Below, piece after piece: positions 19,006 to 28,776 of a stretch of DNA of 64,000 bases. The position numbers were made by a program, and so were the translations under genes. The notes under the pieces are model-generated. The model was not told where the DNA came from. It saw only the letters and a program-made list of their open reading frames with translations, and searched no databases. Location: positions 7,414,902 to 7,478,901 of the forward strand of contig OZ253444.1 of NCBI GenBank assembly GCA_965261065.1, read 5' to 3'. The DNA comes from Bryobacterales bacterium. GTDB taxonomy: Bacteria; Acidobacteriota; Terriglobia; Bryobacterales; UBA6623. The number at the start of each line of letters is the position of its first letter. Positions within the stretch are counted from its first letter, which is position 1.

Positions 19006-21588
19006 ATGCCAAGCGCCGTCAGCGAAGAGGTTGTCACTCATGTTCGCGAGAGACGCCGCCGACGCCATAGCCGTAGACGGCGTCGCACGCGACTGAATTT
19101 GGGCGAGGTCCTGCCGGCCACGGCGCTCCCGCTCGCGGTGGCCTATCTCGCCTGGCATCGGGGCGGCGTCAATGTTGCGGACCAGGCCCTCGTCTTCACG
19201 TGCCTTTTGGCATTCGCAACGCTGGCAGCGGTTTGGGGGAAGCCTCTGGGCGAACGGCTGACGCTGCCGTGGCCCACGCTGCTGATTCCCCTGCTGCCGT
19301 TGGTTCAACTCCTTCCTCTGCCGCCAACTCTCTGGGAGTGGGTCTCCTCAGCTCAACAAGGCCTGATCGGCGAGTTTGCCCGTCATGGCGTGCGGCCGGA
19401 ACCACACATCAGCATCTATCCTTACGCGACCTTGCGCGACGCGGTCGTCTTGGCTGGGTGTTGCGCCGTCTTCTGTGTATCGCGCACGGTCGCCCGGCGC
19501 TCGAGAACCTCGCAGCTCGCGTTGCTCGCGCCGCTGATGGTGCTGGCGGTGGGCGAGTTGGTGTTGGGCCTGCATCAACACATTCGCGGACAGCGGCTCG
19601 ACGACCCGCTCTCACAATTCGCCCACGGCACGTTCGTTAACCGCGACCACTACGCCACGCTGCTGGAGGGCATCCTCGGCCCCGCGCTCGGTTTGGTGTT
19701 CGCCACGGTGGCGACCGTTGGCTGGAAGCAATGGTTCCAAGGCCGTGACTCCGCGTGGACTGTTGCCGCATTGGCTGTAGCCGCGGCGTGCGGGTTGGGC
19801 GTCGTGTTCTCGTTCTCGCGCATGGGTGTGATCGTGGTGACCGTGATGACGCTGGTCACCCTGGTCGGGGCGCTCTGGAGGCAGCGGCTGGCGGCCCTGC
19901 TCGTGGGAGGCGGCGTGCTCAGCGGCGTCCTGCTAGCCGGCGCCGTAGGCCTGCGCGGCTTGCCGGAACGATTCAGCCAATTAATCGCCGAGCGCGGCGA
20001 CCCCTTCCGCGTGGCCGTCTGGCTCGACTCGCTCGACACCGCCGCTGGCCACTTGTGGACCGGCTCCGGACTGGGCACCTTTGCCTTCGCCTTCCGCCGC
20101 AGCGAACCCTACTTGCCGCTCAAGTTCGTCGATCACGCCCACTCGGAGTACCTGGAGCTGCTGGTCGAGCTAGGCCTGCCGGCAACCCTGTTTCTGCTGG
20201 GCGGCGGGCTTTACCTGTTGTTCGATACGGTCCGCCAAGCGTGCCTCGTCGACGACGCACAAGCCCGCTGGCTGACCTTCGGTTGTCTGCTCGGCGTGGC
20301 GGGCATCCTGCTGCACTCCGCCGTCGACTTCCCGCTGCGAATGCCCGCCGTCGCGGCGCTGTTCGCGCTGCTGTTGGGATGCGCGCGCGGCATTGTAGGA
20401 GCCGCGGCCGCCGCAGACGAAGCCGCCGCTCGACAGGAACAACCTGACATGCAACCCTCGTCGTCCCCGGAAGGCGGCCGGGCGACGCCAACTCTACCCA
20501 AGCTGCGAAATCTTCTCGTCAACCGAGCACTGCCCGTTCTTCTGATGGCTGGCTTCAGCCTCCTCGGCGCCTCCCTGCTGCTCGGCCAGTGGGAACACCT
20601 TGACCCCGAGACCCTCAACGAGCGCGCCTACGCGTCGATGGCCGGCGGACACCCTCAGCAGGCCGAGCGGCTCTATATCGAGGCGCTGCGCGTCCACCCC
20701 TATTCGGTGGCGCTGTGGCTCAAGCGCTCGGAGATCGCCGAGATGTCAGGCGACATGCCGGCAGCCACGCGGATGGTCGAGTTGGCACGTTCACTCGAGC
20801 CCAACTCGGTGCGGACCGAGTGGCCGCTAGCCCACCTCTATCTCCGCGCCGGCGAGATCGAAAAAGCGACACGCCCGCTCGGCTTGCTGGCCGCGTCGGT
20901 CCCGAGCATGCGCGCTACGATCCTCGACACCGCCTGGGACGCCATCGTCCCCGCCTGCCACGAGCTGGGCTGCGCCGATCTGGCCATTGCGCCCAAGCTC
21001 CTGCGCTACACCTTCGACAAGCTGTTCGACGCCGGGCGTGGGCTGGAATACCGGGCCCTGTGGAGAATCGTTGCAACAGCCACGCCGGATGCGTCACACG
21101 ACTCATTCGCCGAACCCGCCGGCACCGCGGCCACCGGCTCGCGTTGGTTCGGCGCGCGCGGCTACGGTCTCGACTGGGTGCAGCAGCCGATCGAGGGCGT
21201 GTCCGTTTCACCTCGCGAGGATGAGCCCGGCGGGCGGGTGCTGGAGGTCCATTTCCTGACGCCGCTCGACCTCGCCTATTCGCACCTCCGCCACGACTTC
21301 CTGGTCGAACCGGGCCGCCGCTACGTTCTCGAAGCCGACGTGCGCGCGGAGAAGCTCACCGGAAGCGAGGGCGTCCGGCTGCTGGTGCAGTCGCCGGCCG
21401 GAGCATTGGCCGCCTCCGACGGTGTCCGGAGCACGGCATCGTGGCAGCAGGTCAAGATACCCTTCCGAGCCGGCCCGGCGGATCACGTGCTGAGGCTGAT
21501 GGTGGTTCGCTACCGGAGCGAGAAGCTCGACAGATTCATCCAGGGCCGCTTCTATCTACGAAACGTGCGAGTGCAACCGCTGCCCTAG
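19006..21588 (+). CDS. O-antigen ligase/polymerase-like (Wzy_C) membrane protein with TPR-like and C-terminal beta-rich domains
   Basis: 860 aa with many TM helices. Signature region ...FSRMGVIVV... ...VDHAHSEYLELLVELGLPA.... Helical repeats (…AERLYIEALRVHPYSVALW…). The exact start is uncertain. Confidence 0.7.
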   Translation: MPSAVSEEVVTHVRERRRRRHSRRRRRTRLNLGEVLPATALPLAVAYLAWHRGGVNVADQALVFTCLLAFATLAAVWGKPLGERLTLPWPTLLIPLLPLVQLLPLPPTLWEWVSSAQQGLIGEFARHGVRPEPHISIYPYATLRDAVVLAGCCAVFCVSRTVARRSRTSQLALLAPLMVLAVGELVLGLHQHIRGQRLDDPLSQFAHGTFVNRDHYATLLEGILGPALGLVFATVATVGWKQWFQGRDSAWTVAALAVAAACGLGVVFSFSRMGVIVVTVMTLVTLVGALWRQRLAALLVGGGVLSGVLLAGAVGLRGLPERFSQLIAERGDPFRVAVWLDSLDTAAGHLWTGSGLGTFAFAFRRSEPYLPLKFVDHAHSEYLELLVELGLPATLFLLGGGLYLLFDTVRQACLVDDAQARWLTFGCLLGVAGILLHSAVDFPLRMPAVAALFALLLGCARGIVGAAAAADEAAARQEQPDMQPSSSPEGGRATPTLPKLRNLLVNRALPVLLMAGFSLLGASLLLGQWEHLDPETLNERAYASMAGGHPQQAERLYIEALRVHPYSVALWLKRSEIAEMSGDMPAATRMVELARSLEPNSVRTEWPLAHLYLRAGEIEKATRPLGLLAASVPSMRATILDTAWDAIVPACHELGCADLAIAPKLLRYTFDKLFDAGRGLEYRALWRIVATATPDASHDSFAEPAGTAATGSRWFGARGYGLDWVQQPIEGVSVSPREDEPGGRVLEVHFLTPLDLAYSHLRHDFLVEPGRRYVLEADVRAEKLTGSEGVRLLVQSPAGALAASDGVRSTASWQQVKIPFRAGPADHVLRLMVVRYRSEKLDRFIQGRFYLRNVRVQPLP

Positions 21589-21630
21589 CCTATCCCGTCT
21601 TTCACCCCGGAGGGGCCGAGAGCCTGCAGC

Positions 21631-21654
21631 GCGGATCTCGGTTTTGAGATCCGC
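21631..21654 (+). terminator. Stem-loop GCGGATCTC-GGTTTT-GAGATCCGC downstream of the ligase-like gene
   Basis: 9-bp perfect stem 43 nt after the stop codon. No clear T-tract follows, so terminator function is tentative. Confidence 0.35.
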
Positions 21655-21820
21655 GGCCTTGATGGGCGGTCCCCAGATGTGCCGTGTCGGTGGAAGATGA
21701 CGGACGAAGATGAGAGCCAAGGGGACAGCCCAAAGGGAAAACCTAACTCAGCCCCCGAACTGCCCGTCCGTCAATCGGCCGCCGCTGGTCCTCGAAGAGC
21801 TTGACTGTAGCTGTTGAGGT

Positions 21821-22642
21821 TCAATTCCCCTTGGTTCGCTCGTCGCCGATGTACCGCCCCACCGTTCCTACCGGTGCCATCCACAGGCGGTTCGCGGGGT
21901 CCTTGGCGTACGGTATCAGCTTCTCGAGCATCTTGACGCGCGTCGTCTGGCGGTCGGATGCGCCGATCTCGTGGCCCCCGAGGATCAGCCACTGGCCGTT
22001 CTCTGTCGCCTGGTCCAGTAGGGTCTTGATCGCGGGAAAGTCTTTGCCGTCCATCTGGATGCAGGCCAACTGGGCGAGATCGCAGAATGCCGGATCGTTC
22101 GCGGTTTCATCCAGCCACGTCCGTCCTGAGGCGAACAGTTCGGCAACGACCGGAACGTAGCTTCGCGTTTGGCTTCCTCTTCCGACAAACGTCTGTCCAC
22201 AAGGGTAGGCGAAGATCGTCGGACTGACGCCAAGCAGGACCTCAAGGCGCCGGTTGGCCAGTTTTAGTTCGTCGCGCATCTTATCGATCGTGTACGACTC
22301 GAGCGCGTTGTCACGAGACCAGGGAAAGTTGCCCGTGCAAGGATGTTTGAGAGAGTGGTTCGCGATCTCGTGTCCGCTTGCGACCGCCGCCTTCCACCCC
22401 GGCAGACGCGCTTGGACGCGGCTTGGCACGACGTAAAACGTGACCTTTGTCCCGAGGCGGTCCAGCAGCGCCGTACCCACGTCGACTTGGCTCGGGCGCG
22501 CATCGTCAAAGCTCAAGCTCAGCGCCGCCTGATTGCCCTCAGGCCACGAGAAGGAGGGGGGCGATATTTGGGCAGTCGCGCCCGCACTCGTGAGAATGAT
22601 TGCAACTGTAATCCAGATGAGGCTCCGAGAAAGCGTTTTCAT
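21821..22642 (-). CDS. Polysaccharide deacetylase (NodB-type), secreted
   Basis: 273 aa. Signal peptide. Motifs LSFDDARPSQ and GHEIANHSLKH. Confidence 0.8.
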   Translation of the reverse strand: MKTLSRSLIWITVAIILTSAGATAQISPPSFSWPEGNQAALSLSFDDARPSQVDVGTALLDRLGTKVTFYVVPSRVQARLPGWKAAVASGHEIANHSLKHPCTGNFPWSRDNALESYTIDKMRDELKLANRRLEVLLGVSPTIFAYPCGQTFVGRGSQTRSYVPVVAELFASGRTWLDETANDPAFCDLAQLACIQMDGKDFPAIKTLLDQATENGQWLILGGHEIGASDRQTTRVKMLEKLIPYAKDPANRLWMAPVGTVGRYIGDERTKGN

Positions 22643-22670
22643 AGGGAAAGGTTCGGCTGAGCCGGCGCGC

Positions 22671-23219
22671 TTACGCTCCGTGCTCGGGGTGCGTGCAACC
22701 GACGAACTCGGCCTGAGGACGGTTGCCTTTGTACTCGAGCTCCTCGTGAATCCCGATCGCCGAGGTGTAGTACCCGTCGATCGTTCTCGATTTGAGGACC
22801 GCGAAAAACGTCTCGAGTTCGGTCGTCGGGTGATCTTCGTTCCGGGCCATCGCTTGCATGACCCGGTCTTGCTCGGCGGCGTCGCACTCGATAAACGGCT
22901 TTTCGAACTTGGTCTGGGATTCTTTTTCTACAGCGCCCAAGCCGCGGATCCAATGGTCTTGCACGTCCGGCTTACTGTGGGACACCATGAGATCAATGAA
23001 CAAGCTCACCTTTGCCGCTTGCGCGCCTGGCGAGTGGTCATCCGCGGGAATGATCAGTTCGGTCAGGCGATCGAGCAGAGCCTTCTGGTCTTCACTGAAG
23101 AAGCGGAGCTCGTATTCGGCGGGGGCCTGGGCCAAGGCGATCAACTGCCCGCCGGCGACCTGAACCCGCTCGGCCACGACGCCGGCGGCCACCAATTTTA
23201 GCGCTGTGCGTCGGTCCAT
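22671..23219 (-). CDS. Gluconate 2-dehydrogenase subunit 3-family protein (Tat signal), partner of the GMC oxidoreductase
   Basis: 182 aa. MDRRTALKLVAAGVVA..., then ...FFSEDQKALLDRLTELIIPADDHSPGAQAAKVSLFID.... Lies immediately downstream of the GMC gene. Confidence 0.75.
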   Translation of the reverse strand: MDRRTALKLVAAGVVAERVQVAGGQLIALAQAPAEYELRFFSEDQKALLDRLTELIIPADDHSPGAQAAKVSLFIDLMVSHSKPDVQDHWIRGLGAVEKESQTKFEKPFIECDAAEQDRVMQAMARNEDHPTTELETFFAVLKSRTIDGYYTSAIGIHEELEYKGNRPQAEFVGCTHPEHGA

Positions 23220-24359
23220 ATCTACAACTCGCCCCTTTTCATTTGCTTCACGATATGGTCGGATGCCCTCGTTGCCAAGGCCCCGATCGTAAGCGTCGGC
23301 CCATAGCCGCCTGACGTTACAAAACTCGCGCCGTCTACCACGAAGAGATTCTTCACCTCGTGCGCTTGATTGAACTTGTTCAGCACGCTCTTCTTCGGGT
23401 CGGCGCCCATTCGGGCCGTGCCCATGCCGTGGATGGTAAACCCGGGGTCCATCAGCCGGTCCCGAACGTTAACGTTTTCCGCCCCCAGCGCATTCATCAA
23501 GGCCTTCAAGTTCTGCACGGCGTCCTTGGCCATCTCGCGTTCGTTGTCGCTCATACGGCAATCGAACTTGAGCACCGGGATGCCCCAGGCGTCGACGACG
23601 TCTTTGTCGATCGCGACATGGTTCTCGAAACGGGCGAGCATCTCGCCGCGGGTGCCGAAGGCGATGGGGGCTGTGTAGTAGCTCCGCACCGTCCGCTTGA
23701 ACTTCTGGCCGTAGCCGCTCATGGACTTGGCGAAGTAGGGGAACGCTCGAGCGCCTGAGCCTCCTTCATGAACGTACGAGCGGATGAATTTCGGATGGCG
23801 CGAATCGATATTGCGGTAGGGCACGATATCGATCCCGCTGGCCTTGCCGTCTTCGTTCACGGCCTCGCGGTCCCGTAATTGGGGCAAAAGGCCACTGACG
23901 TTCGGACCGCCTATGTTGTCCATCAAATAGTGGCCCAGCACGCCGCTCGAGTTGGCGATGCCGTTAGGCCAGAAGCGCGAAACCGAATTCAACAGGATGC
24001 GGGTGGACTCCAAGGCCGATGCGCCCAGGACGACGACCCGCCCCTTCGCTTCGTAGTCTTTCTTGCTCAGCCGGTCGACGAAGCTCACGCCGCGGGGCCT
24101 GCCGTTGTTGTCGACGACGATCTCGCGTACGACGGCGTCCGGCCTCAATGTCAGCCGGCCGGTTTTCGCGGCAGCGGGCAGCGTGTCCGAGATCGAGTTC
24201 CAAAACGCCCCGATATCGCAACCCCGGCCGCAGTGACCGCAATAGTGGCAGGCCGCCAACCCGTTAATGCTGCGTGACCGCATGGCCGCGCGCTTGGGAA
24301 TCACGCGCATCCCGAGCCCCAGCGTGGGAGCTACTTTCTGGACGATGCGTTCTCCGCAA

Positions 24360-25390
24360 GCTGGGTATCCACTTGACTCAGGTGACCCCAAGATGTAGTG
24401 TAGGGCCTGGTGGAGGATTACCAGCGCGACCAACTCGAATTCGAGTCTCGCTTTGCGAGCGAGGAGGCTTGCCGCGACTATCTGTTCGCCTTGCGCTGGC
24501 CAGAGGGTTTCCGCTGTCCAAGGTGTGGGCATGAGCGCGCTTGGCCGGTGCGCAAAGTGTGGTTCGAATGCGCTCGCTGCGGGCGGCAAACCTCCGTCAC
24601 CGCCGGCACGATCTTTCAAGACACACGCAAGCCGCTGCGGCTGTGGTTCCGGGCGATGTGGACCATCACCACGCAGAAGAATGGGGCCAGCGCCCTGGGT
24701 CTACAGCGCGTTCTGGGACTGGGCAGTTACCAAACCGCCTGGCCTTGGATGCACAAGCTGAGGCGAGCGATGGTGCGCCCGGGGCGGGAGCGATTGACGG
24801 GCCTCGTCGAGGTCGATGAGACCTACTGGGGCGCTGAAGAAGAAGGGGTAATCGGCCGGCAGACCGAGCGTAAAGCGTTGATTGCAGTCGCCGCGGAAGA
24901 GAGAGGCGCCGGGCTGGGGCGCATCCGCATGCAGCGCGTTCAGAACGCCTCGGCGGCCAGTTTGATGCCCTTCGTCGAGGAGTCGGTCGAGCCGGGCAGC
25001 GTGGTTGTTACCGACAACTGGTCGGGCTACGATCCGCTCAAGAAGAAGGACTACCAGCGTCGTATCATCTCGATTAACAACCGCCGCGAGCAGGCCTCGC
25101 AGCTACTGCCGAGGGTGCACTTGGCGATCTCGCTACTCAAGCGCTGGATGCTGGGCACGCATCAGGGGGCGGTCAGCCACGAGCATCTGGACTACTATCT
25201 CGACGAGTTCGTGTTCCGCTTCAATCGGCGCAGATCACGCAGTCGGGGCAAGCTCTTCTACCGCCTTGTGCAGCAGGCCATGGCGGTGGAGCCGACGCCG
25301 TACCGCTCGATCGTCGCCGATTGGGACGCTAAGACGCTGTGAGCCCAACTACAAGATGTTGGGGTCACCTGAGTCAAGTGGATACCCGGC
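24360..25390 (+). mobile_element. IS1595-family insertion sequence, copy 2 (1031 bp)
   Basis: Termini GCTGGGTATCCACTTGACTCAGGTGACCCCAA / ...TTGGGGTCACCTGAGTCAAGTGGATACCCGGC. 8-bp direct repeat CTCCGCAA at 24352-24359 and 25391-25398. Confidence 0.92.
24410..25342 (+). CDS. IS1595-family transposase (copy 2)
   Basis: 310 aa, differing from copy 4 at 2 residues (P5Q, T->A in EERGAGLG). Confidence 0.9.
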   Translation: MEDYQRDQLEFESRFASEEACRDYLFALRWPEGFRCPRCGHERAWPVRKVWFECARCGRQTSVTAGTIFQDTRKPLRLWFRAMWTITTQKNGASALGLQRVLGLGSYQTAWPWMHKLRRAMVRPGRERLTGLVEVDETYWGAEEEGVIGRQTERKALIAVAAEERGAGLGRIRMQRVQNASAASLMPFVEESVEPGSVVVTDNWSGYDPLKKKDYQRRIISINNRREQASQLLPRVHLAISLLKRWMLGTHQGAVSHEHLDYYLDEFVFRFNRRRSRSRGKLFYRLVQQAMAVEPTPYRSIVADWDAKTL

Positions 25391-26015
25391 CTCCGCAATT
25401 GAGCGGGAAAGGCGGTAGATATTTGCCATCGGGGAGGTGCGGGATGTTCTCGATCGACGCACTGACGCCAACGAAGCTCTCGTGCTTGTCGTAGTAGGGG
25501 GCGAGCTCCTCGTAGGTGATGGGCCAATTATCGCCGTAGCCATCGCGGTCGGCCGCCTTGAAATCGTAATCGCTCAGCCGGCGCGCGTTGCGGCTCCAAT
25601 GCAGGATCTTCCCGCCCACGCACCGCGACCGCACCCAGATCCAAGATGTTCCCGGCGCGGTCGTATAGGGGTGCTCCCGCTCGTCGATGTAGAGGGGCCG
25701 GGTGTATTCGCTCGACGTCCACTGATTCGGATAGATTCTCTCCCGGTCGCCCGGCTTGTCGAATCCCCGAAAGGGCATCTCGTACGGCCAGCGGTGGGAG
25801 AGGAAGCTAGACGGGTCGAGCTTCGGTCCAGCCTCCAACAGCAGCACCTCGAGACCGCCTTCCGTCAGCTCTTTGGCCGCCACTCCCCCGGCCGCGCCGG
25901 TCCCGACGACGATCGCGTCGTAGGTTTTGTTTAGATCGACAGACACGGCCAATCTCGATTCATCTTCTCGGGGAGGCGAAGTCTGACCTTAACCGATCAT
26001 CGGGACCCCGTCAAT

Positions 26016-26047
26016 CACCTCGGAGGGGACACACCTCGGAGGGGACA
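26016..26047. repeat. Perfect tandem duplication of a 16-mer (CACCTCGGAGGGGACA x2)
   Basis: Read directly, 64 nt outside the start codon (25952) of the disrupted GMC gene. Confidence 0.9.
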
Positions 26048-26413
26048 TCCATGATAGGTATCTGTCAAGGATGGACGCAGTCATCCGAATCCTCCCGTCA
26101 GCGGGGGCGTTGTCTTCAGCAGTGACGCTTCGCAGCCCGAGCGTTTTTGCGAATCAAGTCGCAAGGTCAACGAGTCACGTGACCAGACATCCATGTGCGC
26201 GCATCGGGTCGCCCCACCGTACCGGCCGGGGGACCGTCGCGGAAGATTCAGTTTGGGTTTTCAGGTCCGCCGGCCTCGAAACAGAGATACGGACGCATCA
26301 GAAATTTCCCAGGAAACTCCCAGCAAACTCCTTCGCGTAGTCCCCAACAGGCGAGGACCGGCGGGCCGCTCGTGACACCGCACAGCGTCGATGAAACTCT
26401 TCGTTTCTCCTTT

Positions 26414-27444
26414 GCCGGGTATCCACTTGACTCAGGTGACCCCAACATCTTGTAGTTGGGCTCACAGCGTCTTAGCGTCCCAATCGGCGACGATCGAGCG
26501 GTACGGCGTCGGCTCCACCGCCATGGCCTGCTGCACAAGGCGGTAGAAGAGCTTGCCCCGACTGCGTGATCTGCGCCGATTGAAGCGGAACACGAACTCG
26601 TCGAGATAGTAGTCCAGATGCTCGTGGCTGACCGCCCCCTGATGCGTGCCCAGCATCCAGCGCTTGAGTAGCGAGATCGCCAAGTGCACCCTCGGCAGTA
26701 GCTGCGAGGCCTGCTCGCGGCGGTTGTTAATCGAGATGATACGACGCTGGTAGTCCTTCTTCTTGAGCGGATCGTAGCCCGACCAGTTGTCGGTAACAAC
26801 CACGCTGCCCGGCTCGACCGACTCCTCGACGAAGGGCATCAAACTGGCCGCCGAGGCGTTCTGAACGCGCTGCATGCGGATGCGCCCCAGCCCGGTGCCT
26901 CTCTCTTCCGCGGCGACTGCAATCAACGCTTTACGCTCGGTCTGCCGGCCGATTACCCCTTCTTCTTCAGCGCCCCAGTAGGTCTCATCGACCTCGACGA
27001 GGCCCGTCAATCGCTCCCGCCCCGGGCGCACCATCGCTCGCCTCAGCTTGTGCATCCAAGGCCAGGCGGTTTGGTAACTGCCCAGTCCCAGAACGCGCTG
27101 TAGACCCAGGGCGCTGGCCCCATTCTTCTGCGTGGTGATGGTCCACATCGCCCGGAACCACAGCCGCAGCGGCTTGCGTGTGTCTTGAAAGATCGTGCCG
27201 GCGGTGACGGAGGTTTGCCGCCCGCAGCGAGCGCATTCGAACCACACTTTGCGCACCGGCCAAGCGCGCTCATGCCCACACCTTGGACAGCGGAAACCCT
27301 CTGGCCAGCGCAAGGCGAACAGATAGTCGCGGCAAGCCTCCTCGCTCGCAAAGTGAGACTCGAATTCGAGTTGGTCGCGCGGGTAATCCTCCACCAGGCC
27401 CTACACTACATCTTGGGGTCACCTGAGTCAAGTGGATACCAGGC
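26414..27444 (-). mobile_element. IS1595-family insertion sequence, copy 3 (1031 bp)
   Basis: 8-bp direct repeat TCTCCTTT at 26406-26413 and 27445-27452. The outermost bases of one terminus differ from the other copies (…GGATACCAGGC instead of …GGATACCCAGC). Confidence 0.9.
26462..27394 (-). CDS. IS1595-family transposase (copy 3)
   Basis: 310 aa, differing from copy 4 at 1 residue (R14H). Confidence 0.9.
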   Translation of the reverse strand: MEDYPRDQLEFESHFASEEACRDYLFALRWPEGFRCPRCGHERAWPVRKVWFECARCGRQTSVTAGTIFQDTRKPLRLWFRAMWTITTQKNGASALGLQRVLGLGSYQTAWPWMHKLRRAMVRPGRERLTGLVEVDETYWGAEEEGVIGRQTERKALIAVAAEERGTGLGRIRMQRVQNASAASLMPFVEESVEPGSVVVTDNWSGYDPLKKKDYQRRIISINNRREQASQLLPRVHLAISLLKRWMLGTHQGAVSHEHLDYYLDEFVFRFNRRRSRSRGKLFYRLVQQAMAVEPTPYRSIVADWDAKTL

Positions 27445-27452
27445 TCTCCTTT

Positions 27453-28770
27453 TAACAGAAAAAAAGCAAATTCTCCTCGTTACGCCTCGGCCGCAACCCG
27501 CGGCACGAACGCGCGGCCACTGGTGTCCACGGCCCGCAGATACGCCACCAACTTGCGCGCCACGGCCAACGTCGCGCGATTGCGAGACCCGCGCGTCAAC
27601 TCCCGCTCATGGACGTCGTGCAGTTGCGGGTTCCAGCGCGGCGCGAGTTTCGCCGCCTCGATCAGCACCCGCTGCAAATGCTTGTTGCGCTGCTTCGACA
27701 GCGGTCCCCGCTGCGTCTTGCCGGCCGACTCGCGCTGTGCCGAACACAACCCACAGTAACTCACCGCCTGGCCCAGCGAACCGAAGCGCTCGGGCTCGAC
27801 GGTCTCCAGCGCCCAGGTCAACGCCGTCACCTCCCCCACGCCGCGAATCGACTGCAGCAACTCGACGCGTTCCCGCAACAGCGGATGGCGCCGCAATCCG
27901 CGCAGTAACTCCTGCTGCAAACGATCGAACATTTCCAGGCTGCCGCGGGTGATGGCGAGCAGCTCGATCACCGACTCGGGCGTGTCGCGCAGGCTGTCGA
28001 GATAGGAGTAGAAATAGTTGCGCCCGTGCAGCCGCCGGGCATCGTAGGGTTCGCCCACTTCCATCAGTAGCCCGCTGATTTTGTTCTTCATGCGGACGGC
28101 TTCGCCCAGCAGCAGATTGCGATAGCGCAGCACGCGCCGCAACTCGCGCAGGGCAGGCGGCGCCACGTAGCAGCGCGGCAGCAGGTTGCAGCGCAGCAGG
28201 TCACTGATCTTGGTGGCGTCGAGACGGTCGTTCTTCTTCTTGGCGCAGGCGATGGCCTTGAGCATGGCCGGGTGTGCGACTTGCAGTTCCTGGGCGAAGG
28301 GCTGGAGGTGATCGTAAATCCAGCCGGTAAACAGGGTGGCTTCGAGCGCGCCCACCCAAGGGCGCTCGAGGGCTGACGCCCAAGCGGTCAGGGCGGCGCG
28401 AGTGGCCGCGACCTGACCGCGCTGGACGATCGTTCCGTCCCCGGTTTTGATGCAGAAGCTGATGCTTTTCTTATGGACATCGAGTCCGATGTAGTAGAGT
28501 TCTGGCATGGAATCCTCCTGGGATTGGCTCTGAGCCGACCGCGTGGCCGCTCTCAGCATTTTGCCCCCGGGAGGATTCCTCTTTGCCACTACCTATGCAT
28601 TGAAACAGAGCCCGAACTGAGGCAACCGGCGTCGGCATCCTCTGTGGCACAATCTCGGTAATGCGGTTCGTGGGCACCGTAAGCCGGCGCGCAAGCCGTT
28701 TTGCGCCCGAGGCCGCGTTGCGACAGTCCAGAACTCGATCAGGTTCTGCGAGAAAACATGCACGTCTCAA
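27453..28770 (-). mobile_element. IS110-family insertion sequence (boundaries not resolved)
   Basis: Defined by the transposase gene 27480-28508 plus the structured non-coding region on its 5' side. IS110 elements lack clear inverted repeats, so the ends cannot be fixed by eye. Confidence 0.55.
27480..28508 (-). CDS. IS110-family (DEDD) transposase/recombinase
   Basis: Motifs YIGLDVHKKS (N-terminal) and ...LQSIRGVGEVTALTW...CGLCSAQRESAGK... (C-terminal). Start set at ATG 28508 behind GGAGGA. The ORF-track start at 28589 is an upstream extension. Confidence 0.88.
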   Translation of the reverse strand: MPELYYIGLDVHKKSISFCIKTGDGTIVQRGQVAATRAALTAWASALERPWVGALEATLFTGWIYDHLQPFAQELQVAHPAMLKAIACAKKKNDRLDATKISDLLRCNLLPRCYVAPPALRELRRVLRYRNLLLGEAVRMKNKISGLLMEVGEPYDARRLHGRNYFYSYLDSLRDTPESVIELLAITRGSLEMFDRLQQELLRGLRRHPLLRERVELLQSIRGVGEVTALTWALETVEPERFGSLGQAVSYCGLCSAQRESAGKTQRGPLSKQRNKHLQRVLIEAAKLAPRWNPQLHDVHERELTRGSRNRATLAVARKLVAYLRAVDTSGRAFVPRVAAEA

Positions 28771-28776
28771 GGACTC

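Larger units (their letters stand above)
23222..25952 (-). pseudogene. GMC-family FAD oxidoreductase split by IS1595 copy 2
   Basis: The N-terminal part (25391-25952) has DAIVVGTGAAGGVAAKEL..LLLEAGP. The C-terminal part is 23222-24359. Deleting the IS (1031 bp) plus one 8-bp duplication is frame-preserving and gives ...PPFPLNCGERIVQKVAPTLGL.... Confidence 0.85.

Noticed and set aside
23222-24619. 465-aa ORF starting [10 protein letters not shown]…
   Set aside because: The first ~85 codons are an antisense ORF inside IS1595 copy 2 that reads out through the terminus into the 3' fragment of the GMC gene. The same antisense ORF appears at every IS copy (761-1042, 27185-27952, 29895-30191) with a different tail each time, so it is a GC-driven shadow frame and not a gene.
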